The position numbers and the translations under genes are program-made. Below are positions 36,215-48,100 of a stretch of 64,000 nt of DNA, piece after piece (the stretch's first letter is position 1; the number at the start of each line of letters is the position of its first letter). The stretch lies in the sequence record NC_048779.1; one strand, 5' to 3'. The notes below the pieces were generated by a model. The model was not told the origin of the DNA. It did no database searches and was given only the letters and a program-made list of their open reading frames with translations.

Positions 36215-39200
36215 TTAATTACCTCGATAGATATCGATCATTTGTTGTTGTCCATGAATAACCAGTTCGTTAGTCACGAGTTTATCACGAAGGCTCAGTA
36301 CCATTCGGTTAAACAGAGATTTGAAAGAGAACAAGATTTGGATTTTTCTTCCATCCTGAGTAAAGTACTCTTTAGGGAAGATGTTACCCACGGTACCTTT
36401 CATCTGGTTACCGATAACGAACTTATCTACTGTAGAGGTTTCGATGAACTCTTCAACAAATACTTCGATTGATACTTGGTTAGGTTCAAGTGAAGTTCGC
36501 ATACCACGACTACCAGCAACGTTTCCGTTAACCACACCGTCACCAGTGATAGCGGCGTTACGTTTACGAAGGCGATCATGTTTCATGACAAACTTCTTAA
36601 CGGGTTCTGACATCTCATTAATGTCACCGTTATAACGAACGTCAATCTTAACCACTTTACCATGATGATTACTTTTCACTTTGCGAGCACCTAGTCGATC
36701 TAGCTCTCCAAAGTCGTCATCTGGGTTTTCCACACCTACCAAGGACGCATCCTCGATGTGACATAAAATCGTGTCGTAGTCTACTTCAGAACCAATATCA
36801 ACGTGCATGTCCAACCCTTGGTCGAAGTTCAAGTAGAACTTATTCCCTAGGACGTATGACGTTTTGGTTTCTTCAGCAAACTCTTTCGAGATCTCAATAG
36901 AGTCCTCAAAAGTGAACTGGTTTTCGATCATGGCAATGCGAGTCATTACCCCACACTTCCAAACTACTTGACGTGGGTTCAGTGTGTCCCGTTGGAAATA
37001 CACTTCATCCCAACCAAGGATTTCACCCGCTTTGAAAGTATCACCCGGAGTTAAGTCAGTAACGCGATTGTGACGATGGACTTCACCAGCTGCGTCCCCC
37101 AGTTTAATACCAAGTGGGTAAGCGTCGATAGTCCCATCTTCGTACTCAACCTTAATACCTTCATTCGTTAACTCTAATACCTTACCATTTTGTTTAGCAG
37201 GTTTAGAATAAAGTTCTGAAGTTCGGTGTGCGATAACCATGTCGTAAGGACCGCGCATGATGTTCGGGGTATAGTTAACCGCAGAAGTACCCTGAGAGTG
37301 CTGAACTCCTGAGAACAGGGTTCGTTTAGGGTCGTCTTTGTTTGCCCCCGGCATGAGGTTCATAGTAACCGAACCCAAACCAGAGTTACCGACATCACGA
37401 CTTAAGTCGACATTACCACGGAAGTCCACAACCTTAGGGTTAGATGTGGTGTATCCTACGTAGCCAACTTTACTGGAGTCTTTACCCGCTTCAGAAATAA
37501 TCCCTTTGTAAGTCGGCAGTTGTCCACGAGTTCGACGAACCATTGAGACATCGTTACGACCGTTGTTACCACCAAAGGTGACCGTTTCTTGTTCCTTGAT
37601 TTCATGAATCGGGTTAACTTCTTGCACCATGTCAACTGAAGTATCGCTCAAACACGCTTCCATCATGATGGCTTCAGGGTTAAGATCAAACTTAGCCCGA
37701 CGGTCCATTGCCTTCCCTCGGTACTGACGAGCGGAGGACGTCATCTGGTGATAGATGGCACCGGCAAAAGACTCATAACCTATGAAACGCTGTTCCTTGA
37801 TTTCTACTTCGTGTTGATGTTGCTCAGTGCGGAGCATCTCTGTCGCTTCAATCAACAAATAGTCAAAGCTGGTAGCGTGACCTAAACGTTTCAACTCATC
37901 ATGAGTGATAGGATCGATGAACATATCCAGTAAGTTGGTCATCTCTTGGAAATGAGCGGGCTTAACTCGAGGGTTATCAATTGCGGTCACCCAGATACCC
38001 GGATCGTTCATATCCACACGGTTGAAAGAATGCAAGTTATTCAGCTTAGCCATTCCACCAAAGATCAAAGAAGCCATTGGGTCGCGTCGACTGAAGACTA
38101 AGGTTTCGTCTGCACAACGTAGGGCAAATTCATCCGACTCCAATTTGATACGCACACCACCCGGGATAACGCGAGGTTCGATCTCAAGAACTTTAAGTAA
38201 TTCATCGAAACCAAAGTAGTAACTCAACACTACACCCATAGGGAAACGGTAGCCGTTGATGTTAATGTTGGCCGTATCCAAAGGCGCTTTTCGGACATCA
38301 ATTCCTAAGAAGCTTTCGATACTACCTAGGTCTTCTTTCCCCGCCGTCAACATACCGTGTTGATCGATCTTAATTGGAGTCTTCCCTTTAAAGCCGATTA
38401 CCGCTGATTCAGCCGTCATTTGTTCTGCTAGGGATTCGTCACGTTTGATGATAGCATTAACATCAAACATAAGCTCGACACCATTTACGTTAATGCCCTT
38501 GAATCGACGTGACAACGCGGTGAACGGACGAGGGAGTGCGTATTGGTTCGTGTAAGAATTACCAGCCAGTAATTCAAAGTCGTTTCTTAGAGCTCGCTTA
38601 CGGACTTGTTTAGATAACCACAAGCCATAATCATCCGCCGCCATTTTAGAACGACTAACGATTAACTTACGACCATAGTACGAGTTCAACCCAACACGGT
38701 AATCATCCATCTTACGAATAGGAAGGTCCATACGTTGTAAAGCTTTCGTACGTTTCTTACCATCGACTGTAAACGTTCCCTCTTTATCCACTCTAGCAAT
38801 GCGGAAAGAACGTGTAACCGGGGTACCACCGACTGGATGGAATTGAACACGATAAACATCGTAAGTCCCATCAACGTTGTGAACGGTTTCTTGCTCAAAG
38901 TTAGTTACACAAATCCCTGCTTGTTGTACCGCTAGGATAGCGCGAACGATATCTTTTTGCATGAAGTGTTCAACGTAACCCTTCTTGAGATGAGTCACCG
39001 TTGAATTAAGGTAAGATTCGTCTTGCACCCCAATCATTTCCGGGGCAACTTTACTAGGGAGGTCTCGTAACGCTTTCTCGTCGATCTTCATGAACTCTTC
39101 TAGTGTTTGTCCATTAGGCATCGCCAAGTCTTTATAACGTTCCGCTTGCTTAAGGAAGAAATCCTGCTGAGACTTAGTTAGCTGACCTTCTCGAACTTTA

Positions 39201-40564
39201 CGTTCAATAGCCCGCTTAATGCCAGCTTCAGGAGATTCGTCCACCATACGACTTCGCTTGGTGGACGTAACCGTTTCTTCAGTAACAAACTCCGTGTCGT
39301 CTAATTCATCAGTCCAATTTTCGACAACTTCTTGATCTGATTCTGGATCTGATCCTGAACCACTTCCGCTTGGTTCTTCTCCGGACTGTCCATCAGGTCC
39401 ATCAACGTGTGTTTTACGTCCATTGAGAAAATCATCGAACAGATCAGTATCAGTAGCAGGATCCACGTCGGGAGTCTCCTCACCCGATTCTTCTTCTTCG
39501 GATCCATCTGTCCCGTCCGGTCCATCCCCGTCTTTTGTTGTACTAGCCTTTTCAGACGTTGTGTTATCGTCATCAGTTTCTACCTCTGCATTTGCTTGCG
39601 CAATCATACGCATGAACATTGCCAAGGTGCGTTTCACGGCATTTTGGCGCTGAGAGGTATTGTAATCGATTTGTTCTTCCCCGTCAACCTTTACGACCTT
39701 ATTAAGTTCGTCTAACCAAGTTCGCAATAAGCCCGGCTTCAGGATTACCGTTTTACCATGTTTCGTGAAAACGATGTTTAGTCGTTCCATAACGGATGGA
39801 TCCAGACGGTCAAACAAAGAGTACTCGTATTTACCACTCAGCCATGCAAACCAGTCTAATAACCAGAAAGCACCCGTACGTTTTAAATCTCGAATAGCTT
39901 GGTCGTTAGGACCAATGAAAGTCACCTCCCCTTTCTCGTTTAACTCAAAGCACTTCTCGTAATGACGGAAGTATTCTAGGAACTTAGTAAAGATAGGGAT
40001 TTGGTTAGGAAGCTCCATGCGGAAGAATAATTGACGATCATTCCCTTGTGCATGGGTGTTGATGACATCAAGTAAACTAGCCAGCTGGTTGTAGCTCTTA
40101 TTGAAGGCTAGGAAGCGATCAGGGACGTAATCCCATTTTAATTGACCCAATGCGTTGTTCACCACAATGAGTTCCTTAGAACGCCCCATAGGGGTTTTGA
40201 TGTTGCGTGCGTATTTGTAACGGAAGTGACCGTTACGGTAACGTTGAATTTGTTTACGCTCGTCTAATGGTGCCGGACGAGCTTTACCAGATTCAATAAC
40301 GTAATGACTATCAAACCCGATATTAACGATGTCTGGGTACGTGTTGACAAGTGGTTCTTGGTTACTCGGTCCCAAGTCGTTAGCGTGTTTTGGATAGTAA
40401 AACAACATTGAGCCACGCGGAAGCTCGATGTCACTTAAGGAATGGTAACGAGGATTAGTGAGGTCGTTTTTACGACGTAACACAAACTCCTTAAAAAACA
40501 ATGGATATAGTGCTTCTAATCCATCCACCATCATCTCTGAATCAAGAGGTTCTTGGTTTTGCAT
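36215..40564 (-). CDS. Virion RNA polymerase beta-like subunit (phiKZ gp178-like), 1449 aa
   Basis: Beta-subunit motifs (R..T..G..G, G.ISEA..DS.KVG, RTLFSG.Q, T.ED.I.IS, DKF..G.Q.KG.V); internal acidic linker. Confidence 0.85.
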   Translation of the reverse strand: MQNQEPLDSEMMVDGLEALYPLFFKEFVLRRKNDLTNPRYHSLSDIELPRGSMLFYYPKHANDLGPSNQEPLVNTYPDIVNIGFDSHYVIESGKARPAPLDERKQIQRYRNGHFRYKYARNIKTPMGRSKELIVVNNALGQLKWDYVPDRFLAFNKSYNQLASLLDVINTHAQGNDRQLFFRMELPNQIPIFTKFLEYFRHYEKCFELNEKGEVTFIGPNDQAIRDLKRTGAFWLLDWFAWLSGKYEYSLFDRLDPSVMERLNIVFTKHGKTVILKPGLLRTWLDELNKVVKVDGEEQIDYNTSQRQNAVKRTLAMFMRMIAQANAEVETDDDNTTSEKASTTKDGDGPDGTDGSEEEESGEETPDVDPATDTDLFDDFLNGRKTHVDGPDGQSGEEPSGSGSGSDPESDQEVVENWTDELDDTEFVTEETVTSTKRSRMVDESPEAGIKRAIERKVREGQLTKSQQDFFLKQAERYKDLAMPNGQTLEEFMKIDEKALRDLPSKVAPEMIGVQDESYLNSTVTHLKKGYVEHFMQKDIVRAILAVQQAGICVTNFEQETVHNVDGTYDVYRVQFHPVGGTPVTRSFRIARVDKEGTFTVDGKKRTKALQRMDLPIRKMDDYRVGLNSYYGRKLIVSRSKMAADDYGLWLSKQVRKRALRNDFELLAGNSYTNQYALPRPFTALSRRFKGINVNGVELMFDVNAIIKRDESLAEQMTAESAVIGFKGKTPIKIDQHGMLTAGKEDLGSIESFLGIDVRKAPLDTANININGYRFPMGVVLSYYFGFDELLKVLEIEPRVIPGGVRIKLESDEFALRCADETLVFSRRDPMASLIFGGMAKLNNLHSFNRVDMNDPGIWVTAIDNPRVKPAHFQEMTNLLDMFIDPITHDELKRLGHATSFDYLLIEATEMLRTEQHQHEVEIKEQRFIGYESFAGAIYHQMTSSARQYRGKAMDRRAKFDLNPEAIMMEACLSDTSVDMVQEVNPIHEIKEQETVTFGGNNGRNDVSMVRRTRGQLPTYKGIISEAGKDSSKVGYVGYTTSNPKVVDFRGNVDLSRDVGNSGLGSVTMNLMPGANKDDPKRTLFSGVQHSQGTSAVNYTPNIMRGPYDMVIAHRTSELYSKPAKQNGKVLELTNEGIKVEYEDGTIDAYPLGIKLGDAAGEVHRHNRVTDLTPGDTFKAGEILGWDEVYFQRDTLNPRQVVWKCGVMTRIAMIENQFTFEDSIEISKEFAEETKTSYVLGNKFYLNFDQGLDMHVDIGSEVDYDTILCHIEDASLVGVENPDDDFGELDRLGARKVKSNHHGKVVKIDVRYNGDINEMSEPVKKFVMKHDRLRKRNAAITGDGVVNGNVAGSRGMRTSLEPNQVSIEVFVEEFIETSTVDKFVIGNQMKGTVGNIFPKEYFTQDGRKIQILFSFKSLFNRMVLSLRDKLVTNELVIHGQQQMIDIYRGN

Positions 40565-40566
40565 GT

Positions 40567-42174
40567 TTACTCCAACCCGCCTGTGAGAGCGCGTAATAAA
40601 AATTCATGAGGTTCCACAATAGGTTCATACAAGAAAGACCCCGTGCCGGTGATATAGTAACTTCGCTGACCCATACGTTCCAAAGCTTGTTTGATTGCAT
40701 CATCCGCTTCGATACCGTTCGAGTTCAATTGGTCGCCATCATAGTCACCGCCCAAGAGTTCCAATCGAGAGCCATCAACCGACATCGCATCGAAGTAACT
40801 CGGTCGACCGGTCAACAATGGGAAATTATTTAGACGTTCGCCTTCTTCCCAGAACTCATCTAATAGCACACGTGGTTTAGATTGAATCGTCGTTCTTAAG
40901 TTGATCTTAGATGGGTAAATGGAACCCACACCAGTGATAGGGTAACGGGTGACTTGAGTCATTCGTGTTTCTATTAAGTTACCACAACTGATGTAGAATA
41001 ACTCCATGTAAGTCAATGGACGAAGGTGTGCAGGATCGCGATCACCAATCTCCGACTTATCGCCAACGATACGAACTTGTTTACCGTCATCGTAGATCAG
41101 ACCCATATAAAGACCTTCGATCATGATCGGTTTGTTACGGAGGTGGCTGTCTTTAAATCCATTAAAGAGTTTCGTTAAACCTTCCGGTGTCATCCATCGG
41201 TCGATAACCTTAGGGTCGACTTCTTTGTATTGGTATTCAAACGTCTTAGGATCAACCAACTTAGCTAAGTTAGAACCGATAGTGAAAACGTTCTGAACCC
41301 AACCGTTTAACATACCGTAACGACACGTGTACTGGAACTCAAGCATAGCTTGGTACAAACCAATATCAGTGGTGTTCACGTCTATTGAGTTAGGTGCATC
41401 AGCATCCTCTACAGAGACTTGACGTGCAGAGATAACGTTACGAGTACCACCAACCACACCACGGGTAGCAACTCGCTTCTGGAAGAAACCAGTTTTACCT
41501 TTGGTCAAATTTTGGATGTAAGTGTCGATGTCATTAAAGTTGGATTGAGCACCCCACCGTAAGTTATCGTAGACAGGGGAGTTTTCCTCACCCGGTTCGA
41601 CCACAACTGCTTTAGTACGGAATAACAGCTTACGGTAGTATTCATTAATCTCAGGTTCAATGATGCGGTCGTTCTCACCAAATTGGACGTCTCGTAAACC
41701 AGCTGGAATAACAATGACTTTACTACACAGAGCTTGGGATTGGTAAGTGTGGAATAGTTCCACTTTTTTCTTACGACGAAAAGACTCTGTTAACTTTGGC
41801 TCCAATTCGTTAAAATGAGTCATAAAGAAACTGTACCCAGTTTCCCCGTCTAACAAGTTGGATTTTATGAAGTCTTTAGTCTCAGCATCCCAGACGGCGT
41901 ATTCCGTCCCTCGGATTATGCCCAAGTATAAAGATTTGAGCGTAACCAAAGACTTGAAATACGTAGGGTTAAAAATAGGGAGTTTAACGTCGATGTAAGA
42001 TAACTTACGATCACGTTCTTCACTACCTACTCGTCCGAAGGTTTCTACTGAATAAAGTCCGTCTGGGTGCAGACCGGTAGAAGAACCCTCGTTTACATCC
42101 GCTGAAGACACAGGTCTCATCAGCGACCAAGCGACTTTGCTTGGGTTTAATAAAGAAACGTTAGTCGGTTTCAT
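40567..42174 (-). CDS. Virion RNA polymerase beta'-like catalytic subunit (phiKZ gp180-like), 535 aa
   Basis: GLHPDGLYS.E.FG N-terminus, TRYP, and Mg-binding GGDYDGDQ motif. Confidence 0.9.
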   Translation of the reverse strand: MKPTNVSLLNPSKVAWSLMRPVSSADVNEGSSTGLHPDGLYSVETFGRVGSEERDRKLSYIDVKLPIFNPTYFKSLVTLKSLYLGIIRGTEYAVWDAETKDFIKSNLLDGETGYSFFMTHFNELEPKLTESFRRKKKVELFHTYQSQALCSKVIVIPAGLRDVQFGENDRIIEPEINEYYRKLLFRTKAVVVEPGEENSPVYDNLRWGAQSNFNDIDTYIQNLTKGKTGFFQKRVATRGVVGGTRNVISARQVSVEDADAPNSIDVNTTDIGLYQAMLEFQYTCRYGMLNGWVQNVFTIGSNLAKLVDPKTFEYQYKEVDPKVIDRWMTPEGLTKLFNGFKDSHLRNKPIMIEGLYMGLIYDDGKQVRIVGDKSEIGDRDPAHLRPLTYMELFYISCGNLIETRMTQVTRYPITGVGSIYPSKINLRTTIQSKPRVLLDEFWEEGERLNNFPLLTGRPSYFDAMSVDGSRLELLGGDYDGDQLNSNGIEADDAIKQALERMGQRSYYITGTGSFLYEPIVEPHEFLLRALTGGLE

Positions 42175-42196
42175 AATACACCATGAGGTTTCAAAA

Positions 42197-45100
42197 ATGG
42201 CAAGTGAATCAGATTATGATTGGGGAGATGATTTCCTAGATGGAGACATGGACTTTGATTTTGACTTTGATGGAAATAAAAATCAAGGTTTCCTGAAATC
42301 GGTCTCCAAGGGATTTCTTTCTGCCCTAAAATCTAATACCGTCGGTGATACCGACGCAAAAGTTAAAACATTAAGACGCATCCTTCCTAGTTCTTTCGGC
42401 ACCACCTTTGACTTCTACCGAGAGCTAGATCGTAAGAAACGAGAAGCGTTCAAAGAATTCAAAGAGAACAGCTCAGAACTCATGGGAGATCTGGCTTTTC
42501 TTTCTGGTTCTTTAAGCACCTCCTTGCGTGACCGTCTACCCAATAAAATCGTGGATGGGTTAGAAGAATTCAGCAAGAAAGATTTCAGCGATTGGGAGAA
42601 ACCGTCGGATGGTATCGAAGATCGTTTCCAAATGGAAGCGGTTGAAGAAAGCGAACAACAACGCATGTTGGATGCTTTGGAACAACAAAGTATTGTCCAC
42701 GTAGAATCTACTGACGCCATCACCCGAGTGATGAGTACCGTAGGGTCTAGACAGTTGTCGGCGGGCTTACAAGGTAACGAACAGTTATTCGAAGTCAACG
42801 CTAACTTACAACGCCTATACCAATATCAGATGAAAGTTCATGGTCAACGAGAAGCCATGAAACTTAACCTGATGACTCGTCAGTATTTAACTTCGGCTAA
42901 ATACTACAAATTCATGGAAGCTTCCCAACACCGTTTAATCCGTGAAATGAAAGACATTGTTAAAAACACCGCGATGTCTGATTTTGAAAAGACGAGTGTA
43001 CTGCAAGCGAGTAAAGGTCGAATTAGAGATAACATCTTGAGATCTACGTTTTCTCGCACTGGTGGTTTTGGTGAGGCCATTGGTAGTCTTGTTAGTAAGG
43101 ATGGGATTAACGACGGACTAGGTGTTCTTACTCAACTTGTTGGTGACGCGAGATTCGCCACAGAGATGAGTCAAGACTCGGGAATAAGCACCGGTGAACT
43201 CGTTGGCTCTATGCTTGGACAGTTCGTCGTAGAGCGTGGACCAGAGTTCTTTGATACCAAGATGGGACGTGATCTCCTTAATCGAGTCCGTAGTAAATAC
43301 CCAGACCAAGCGAAGCTTTTCGACAAGACTCAAAAAGAGTTACGTCAGTTTGGTGATTTGTTGTCTTACTCGACTAAGGCGATGGGATCAGTCATGGGTC
43401 GTCATTATCAGGAAACTGGTATGATGGATCAACTCCCTGAAACGTACGAAGAGTACTTGGAGTCGTTACCTGCTGACGCCAAACCAATGCCTAAATTATT
43501 ATGGCAAACGGTAAGAAAAGCAACAGGAGCCGCAGGGACTGCCTTTAACCTTGTCGGTGAGAACTACATGGAGTCTCAGGGGAGTGTTTACCAAATCAAA
43601 GAGAAGTCTTTGAAATCCCTGAAAGATAACTCCGTATGGTCTGTCCATGACTCTCGTAGTTTAACTGAAGAAATCCCAACGTTGTTAAGTGAGATTCACC
43701 ATACGCTTGAAAAGATTCGTACAGGCAATGATGATGTCCCTAAGTTACGTTACGATTACCGTACTTCACGAGCAACTACGACTGATCACTTGAATGACCA
43801 AGTTCAGCGTATCATCACACCGGAGTGGGAGCTAAACTCTTATTCTGATGCAGCGAAGTCGATTGTTCGTGATATCGATACTAAAGGGGAGTTGAGTGAA
43901 TCAGCGTCTAACGCCCTAGCTCATCGCCTAGCTAGAGAAGCGGACAAAGGTAACGTCTTTAACGTCTACGACTACATCGGAGCTCAAACTGATGAATATA
44001 TGGATCGTGAGCAAGCCGATGAAATTGAGGCATTGATTCGTCGACGCTTTAGTATCACAGACGATCTAGTCGAACGTACTCAGGAAAGTAGCTTAGATGG
44101 ACTCATGGCCCGTCTAACCGTTCCTACCGCTGAAGGACAAGAGTTATTACATCGTCTTTCTCTGCGCACAGACTCTCTTAAAAACTACACGCCTAACATT
44201 GCTGAGAAAATTGACTTAGTCCGTAGTCTTGGTTTAGATGAAGGGTTAAAGGCTTCTGGTCTTGTTAGTGTGGATCCTGAGACAAACAAAGAGTACATCA
44301 ACCAAGAACTCATTTGGCAACAACTACAAAACAAACTAGCAGGTAAGTCACCTAATGCTTCTTTAAATAAAAGTAGTAATGAACCTTATCCTACTAGAGA
44401 TGATCTTAGCACTATATTTAGACAAAATAATAATAGTGTCTTAGACTCATTTAACTTATCCAATCCTTCCCCCCTTCCCTTACAGGAAGAAGTTCACGGT
44501 ACACTCACCAATATCATGAACGCCGTAGTAAAAATTAAAGAGAATACCTCAGGGTTAACCTCTTTACCTAACTTCGGTGATAACGGGAAAGGACTTGCAA
44601 TTGATCCGCTATTGGAATTGGTGAAAGCCGGTAACATGTCTTTGGCGGAAATCAGTCAATCGCAATTAGAACAAATCTCTATCTTAAAACGCCTCAAATC
44701 GGTTTCTACAGTCGGGGTTGATCCAGATACACCTTCTGGTGAAGTGACGGAAGAACAGCGTTCAGAAGAACGTGAGAAACGTTCTCTAATAGACCGTCTT
44801 CGAGCTATCGTCCCGGCTGACGCCTTCAACCAAGGTATTGAAGCGTTAATTGCAAACAAACCTATGGTGTTGGGTGGTTTGATTGGTGGTTTGGGAATGA
44901 CCGCTTTCTCTAACCCTAAGGCGGCAGCTTTACTGGCAGGTGGTGCAACCGTCGCTACGTTGTACGGTAAGCTTAACTCGTTGGCACCGAAGGGACAAGA
45001 GCTTAAAGAAGACGAAGACCTTTACGATGAAAACGGTGAAGAGATCCTCTACGCCTCTAAAAAGAATGCCGGGGACTACTATGATCAAGCATCCAAGAAA

Positions 45101-48100
45101 GTCATTCGTTCTTGGAAAGACATCAAGGGAACCGTAATCGATATCTCCCAAGGTACTTCGGAGGTCGCTGCTAGCGCTAAACGTTTGGCGGGGAAAGTGT
45201 TCGGTCCAGACGGTCGGGAGATCTTACTGGATGGCATACACCGACTCCAGTCGTTTGTGGGTAAGACCTTCCGTGCCATCGATCCAATGGGTAAGGTCCG
45301 TGATGCGATTGATAAAGTCAAAACCAGTGTTGACCAGATGGATGTTTACCTGAAAGGGGATTCCGAACCAGTGTTAACATCCCGTGGGTTTAAGAACGGT
45401 TGGTATTTTGACGAAGAAGGTAATGAGATATTAGGTTGGCGTGATATCCTTGGACCTGTCTTTGACCAAGATGGTAACATGTTGGTTTCCACTCAGGACC
45501 TCAATAACGGACTACTAACCATTGGTGGGGTTTCAATTAACAAACTAACCAACATCGGTAACCGTATCGGTAGTGGAATAGGTAAAGGTGCGGAGTGGTT
45601 AAGAAACAACGGTAGAGAGAAACTCGGCTCTGCTATCTTAGGACAAGATGTTTCTATCAACCGGAATGTACCTGACCGTTATGAACCTATCACCACCCGT
45701 CTTGATTCAATCTATTCACTCATTGCTGGACATTGGGGATTAGACACCAAGATGCCGGGTGTGGAGAAAGTCAGTCCTAAAGTTCGCAACTACATGAACA
45801 ACGTAGGGGCGGGAGAACACGAAGATGAAAAACCTACTGAAGGAATTCGTCTGAACTCATTGGCTGACAAAATCCGTAGAAAGAAAGAAGCGAAGCATGC
45901 TCAATTCCAAGACTCGGTGATTGACATCGCGGAATCCTTGAACCCGGACGATAAGGAAGGAAAAGAGAAAAAAGAAGGTGGGTTACTGGGGCGTCTGTTA
46001 GGGTTTGCCGGCGGAGGCATATTTGCATTAATGAAGCAATTCTTCAGCCTAGGTATCGGTGGGTTTAAGAACCTAATGAAACTTAACGGTACGTTAACCA
46101 AAGGTTTGTTCAGCTTAGGGAAAATCCTATCAGGTGCGTTACTGGGTCGTCGAGCTAAAGATAGCGTGGGCGATCTAGTCGACGGCATGGATGGTGACGG
46201 CAAAGATCGTCGCAAGGGTAAAGGTAAGCGCGGACGTTTCGGTCGTTTCTCTAAACTAGGTCGCATGAGTAATATGGCTAAGTTTGGTGTAGGTGGTGCG
46301 TTGATGTTCGGTGGCGATATGGCTATCGATGCAGCACGCGATGGGTTCGATGTTGAAGAAGGTTCAACTGCGGATAAACTGTTGGATGCAGGTTCAATGG
46401 GATTAAATGCAGCGGGTTGGTTAGCGACAGGCTCAGCGGTTGCAGGGATGGCAGGGACGTCACTAGGTGGGATTGCGGCAGCTTCTGCGCCGTTCTTGTT
46501 AAACCCTATTACCTTGGGTGTAGCGGGCGCTGGTTTAGCAGGTTACGCCGCTTACAAATACTTCACCTCAAGTGACCTAACTATCCAACAGAAGCTCCGT
46601 ATGGCACAATACGGTATCGATGATCAAGATGAAGATTTAATCAACACGATTATTCAGCTTGAACGACACCTACAAGACTACATCCAAGTTTCTGGCACCA
46701 ATACAGGGTTCTCTAGAGAAACCCCGTTAGAACGCTTTATAGGTCCTTTAATCCAAGCACGTTCAAGTCGTGAAGGGGTTAGGGATACGTTACATTGGTT
46801 TAGTGCTCGTTTCAAACCAGTGTACCTGACTTACCACGCTCAATTCCGAAAACTTAATATCGTTAAGTTTGAAGACTATGATCAGCTTAAAAATAACACG
46901 GTTGCTTTGATCGCTAAGAAAGCACACGAAGAAGCCGCGATGTTTAACCCGTCTCCTTACCGTATTCAAGTTTGGATTAGTGATGATACATACGCCATGA
47001 GTGAGGAACAAACCAAAGCTCAGGTCGCACGTTATTTAAACGAACTCAAAGAAGAATACGATACAGTCAACCTTAACTCAGATAAACTGTCTGAGGACTT
47101 AACGATCGACACGGTGAACTCCAAGATCAAGAAAGTCGAAAAGGCTGGGATGCTGGAAAGTGTTTGGATGCGGATGACTGGAGATCATAACGATCAAGAG
47201 AAACAGAAGAAACTCGATACGTGGTTTAAGAAACCAGAAGTGATTAAGGGGATCGATATCTCCGACATGCTTCCGGGGGACAAGCCAGTGGCATTAATTA
47301 CTGCTTTCCGACTTGCTGCTTATGGTAATGAGGAAAACATGCCGTGGCGTGTTGAGGCAGTTCTTAAGTTAGAACGCTGGATTGAGAAATATACTTCTTA
47401 TTCTAATGGTCGTTCTGAGTTCACTGGGAGCGTAGAAGAATTCTGGGCAACGTTCAGTACGTCTTTCCGTGTGACGTCGAAGCGTGGTCGGGAGCTCGCT
47501 ATTCGTTGGTTCCAGTATCGTTTCCTTCCAGTCTGGTTAGCATGGCATCAGGTGTGTCGTAACCAGCGTGGTGGTGACCCATCTAAAGTCTGGATGACGT
47601 TATCAGCAACAGCTCAATTCCGTTTTGCTCAACAAGTCACTGAACTTAAGGTGATGATTGACAAAAGAGTGAAAACTTTGTTCAGCGTGGATGAAGCGCC
47701 GTTCGAAGGCGAGCGTTCAGAAGGAATGACAACCCGTGTTAAACGCCTAGTTCAGGCTCTTGAAGTTAAAGCGAACCAAGCCAGACTGAAAGACCCTGAT
47801 ATGGAGCAACGTCGTACGGTGAGAGCGCCAGAAGGGACAGACCAGTCAGTGTATCGACTTCCTGATAATCTGAACATCAACAAACCGAGAAACCCTCAAG
47901 ACATTTCTAAGCAGTTTGGTGTGGAACAACCTACTCCGCGTGATCAAATCACCAGTGATTTGAGTAAAGTGAAGGTTGACACTAACCGTAAATTAGAAAC
48001 CGACGTCACCCTCAAACCGGGGGATGATAAAGGCATCTCGTTAAATAAAGATCAGATCACCAAGGTGTTGATCCAAGAGATGGTTAAGAAGGGTTACGAC

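Noticed and set aside
36215-42174. Intron, intein or homing endonuclease in or between the RNAP genes (phiKZ has an extra ORF here)
   Set aside because: The ORFs are continuous and 2 nt apart; no LAGLIDADG/HNH or intein terminal motifs were seen.
45834-46266. Pro/Ser-rich minus-strand ORFs (e.g. 45901..46266)
   Set aside because: Antisense shadows of the Gly/Arg/Lys-rich part of the tape-measure gene.
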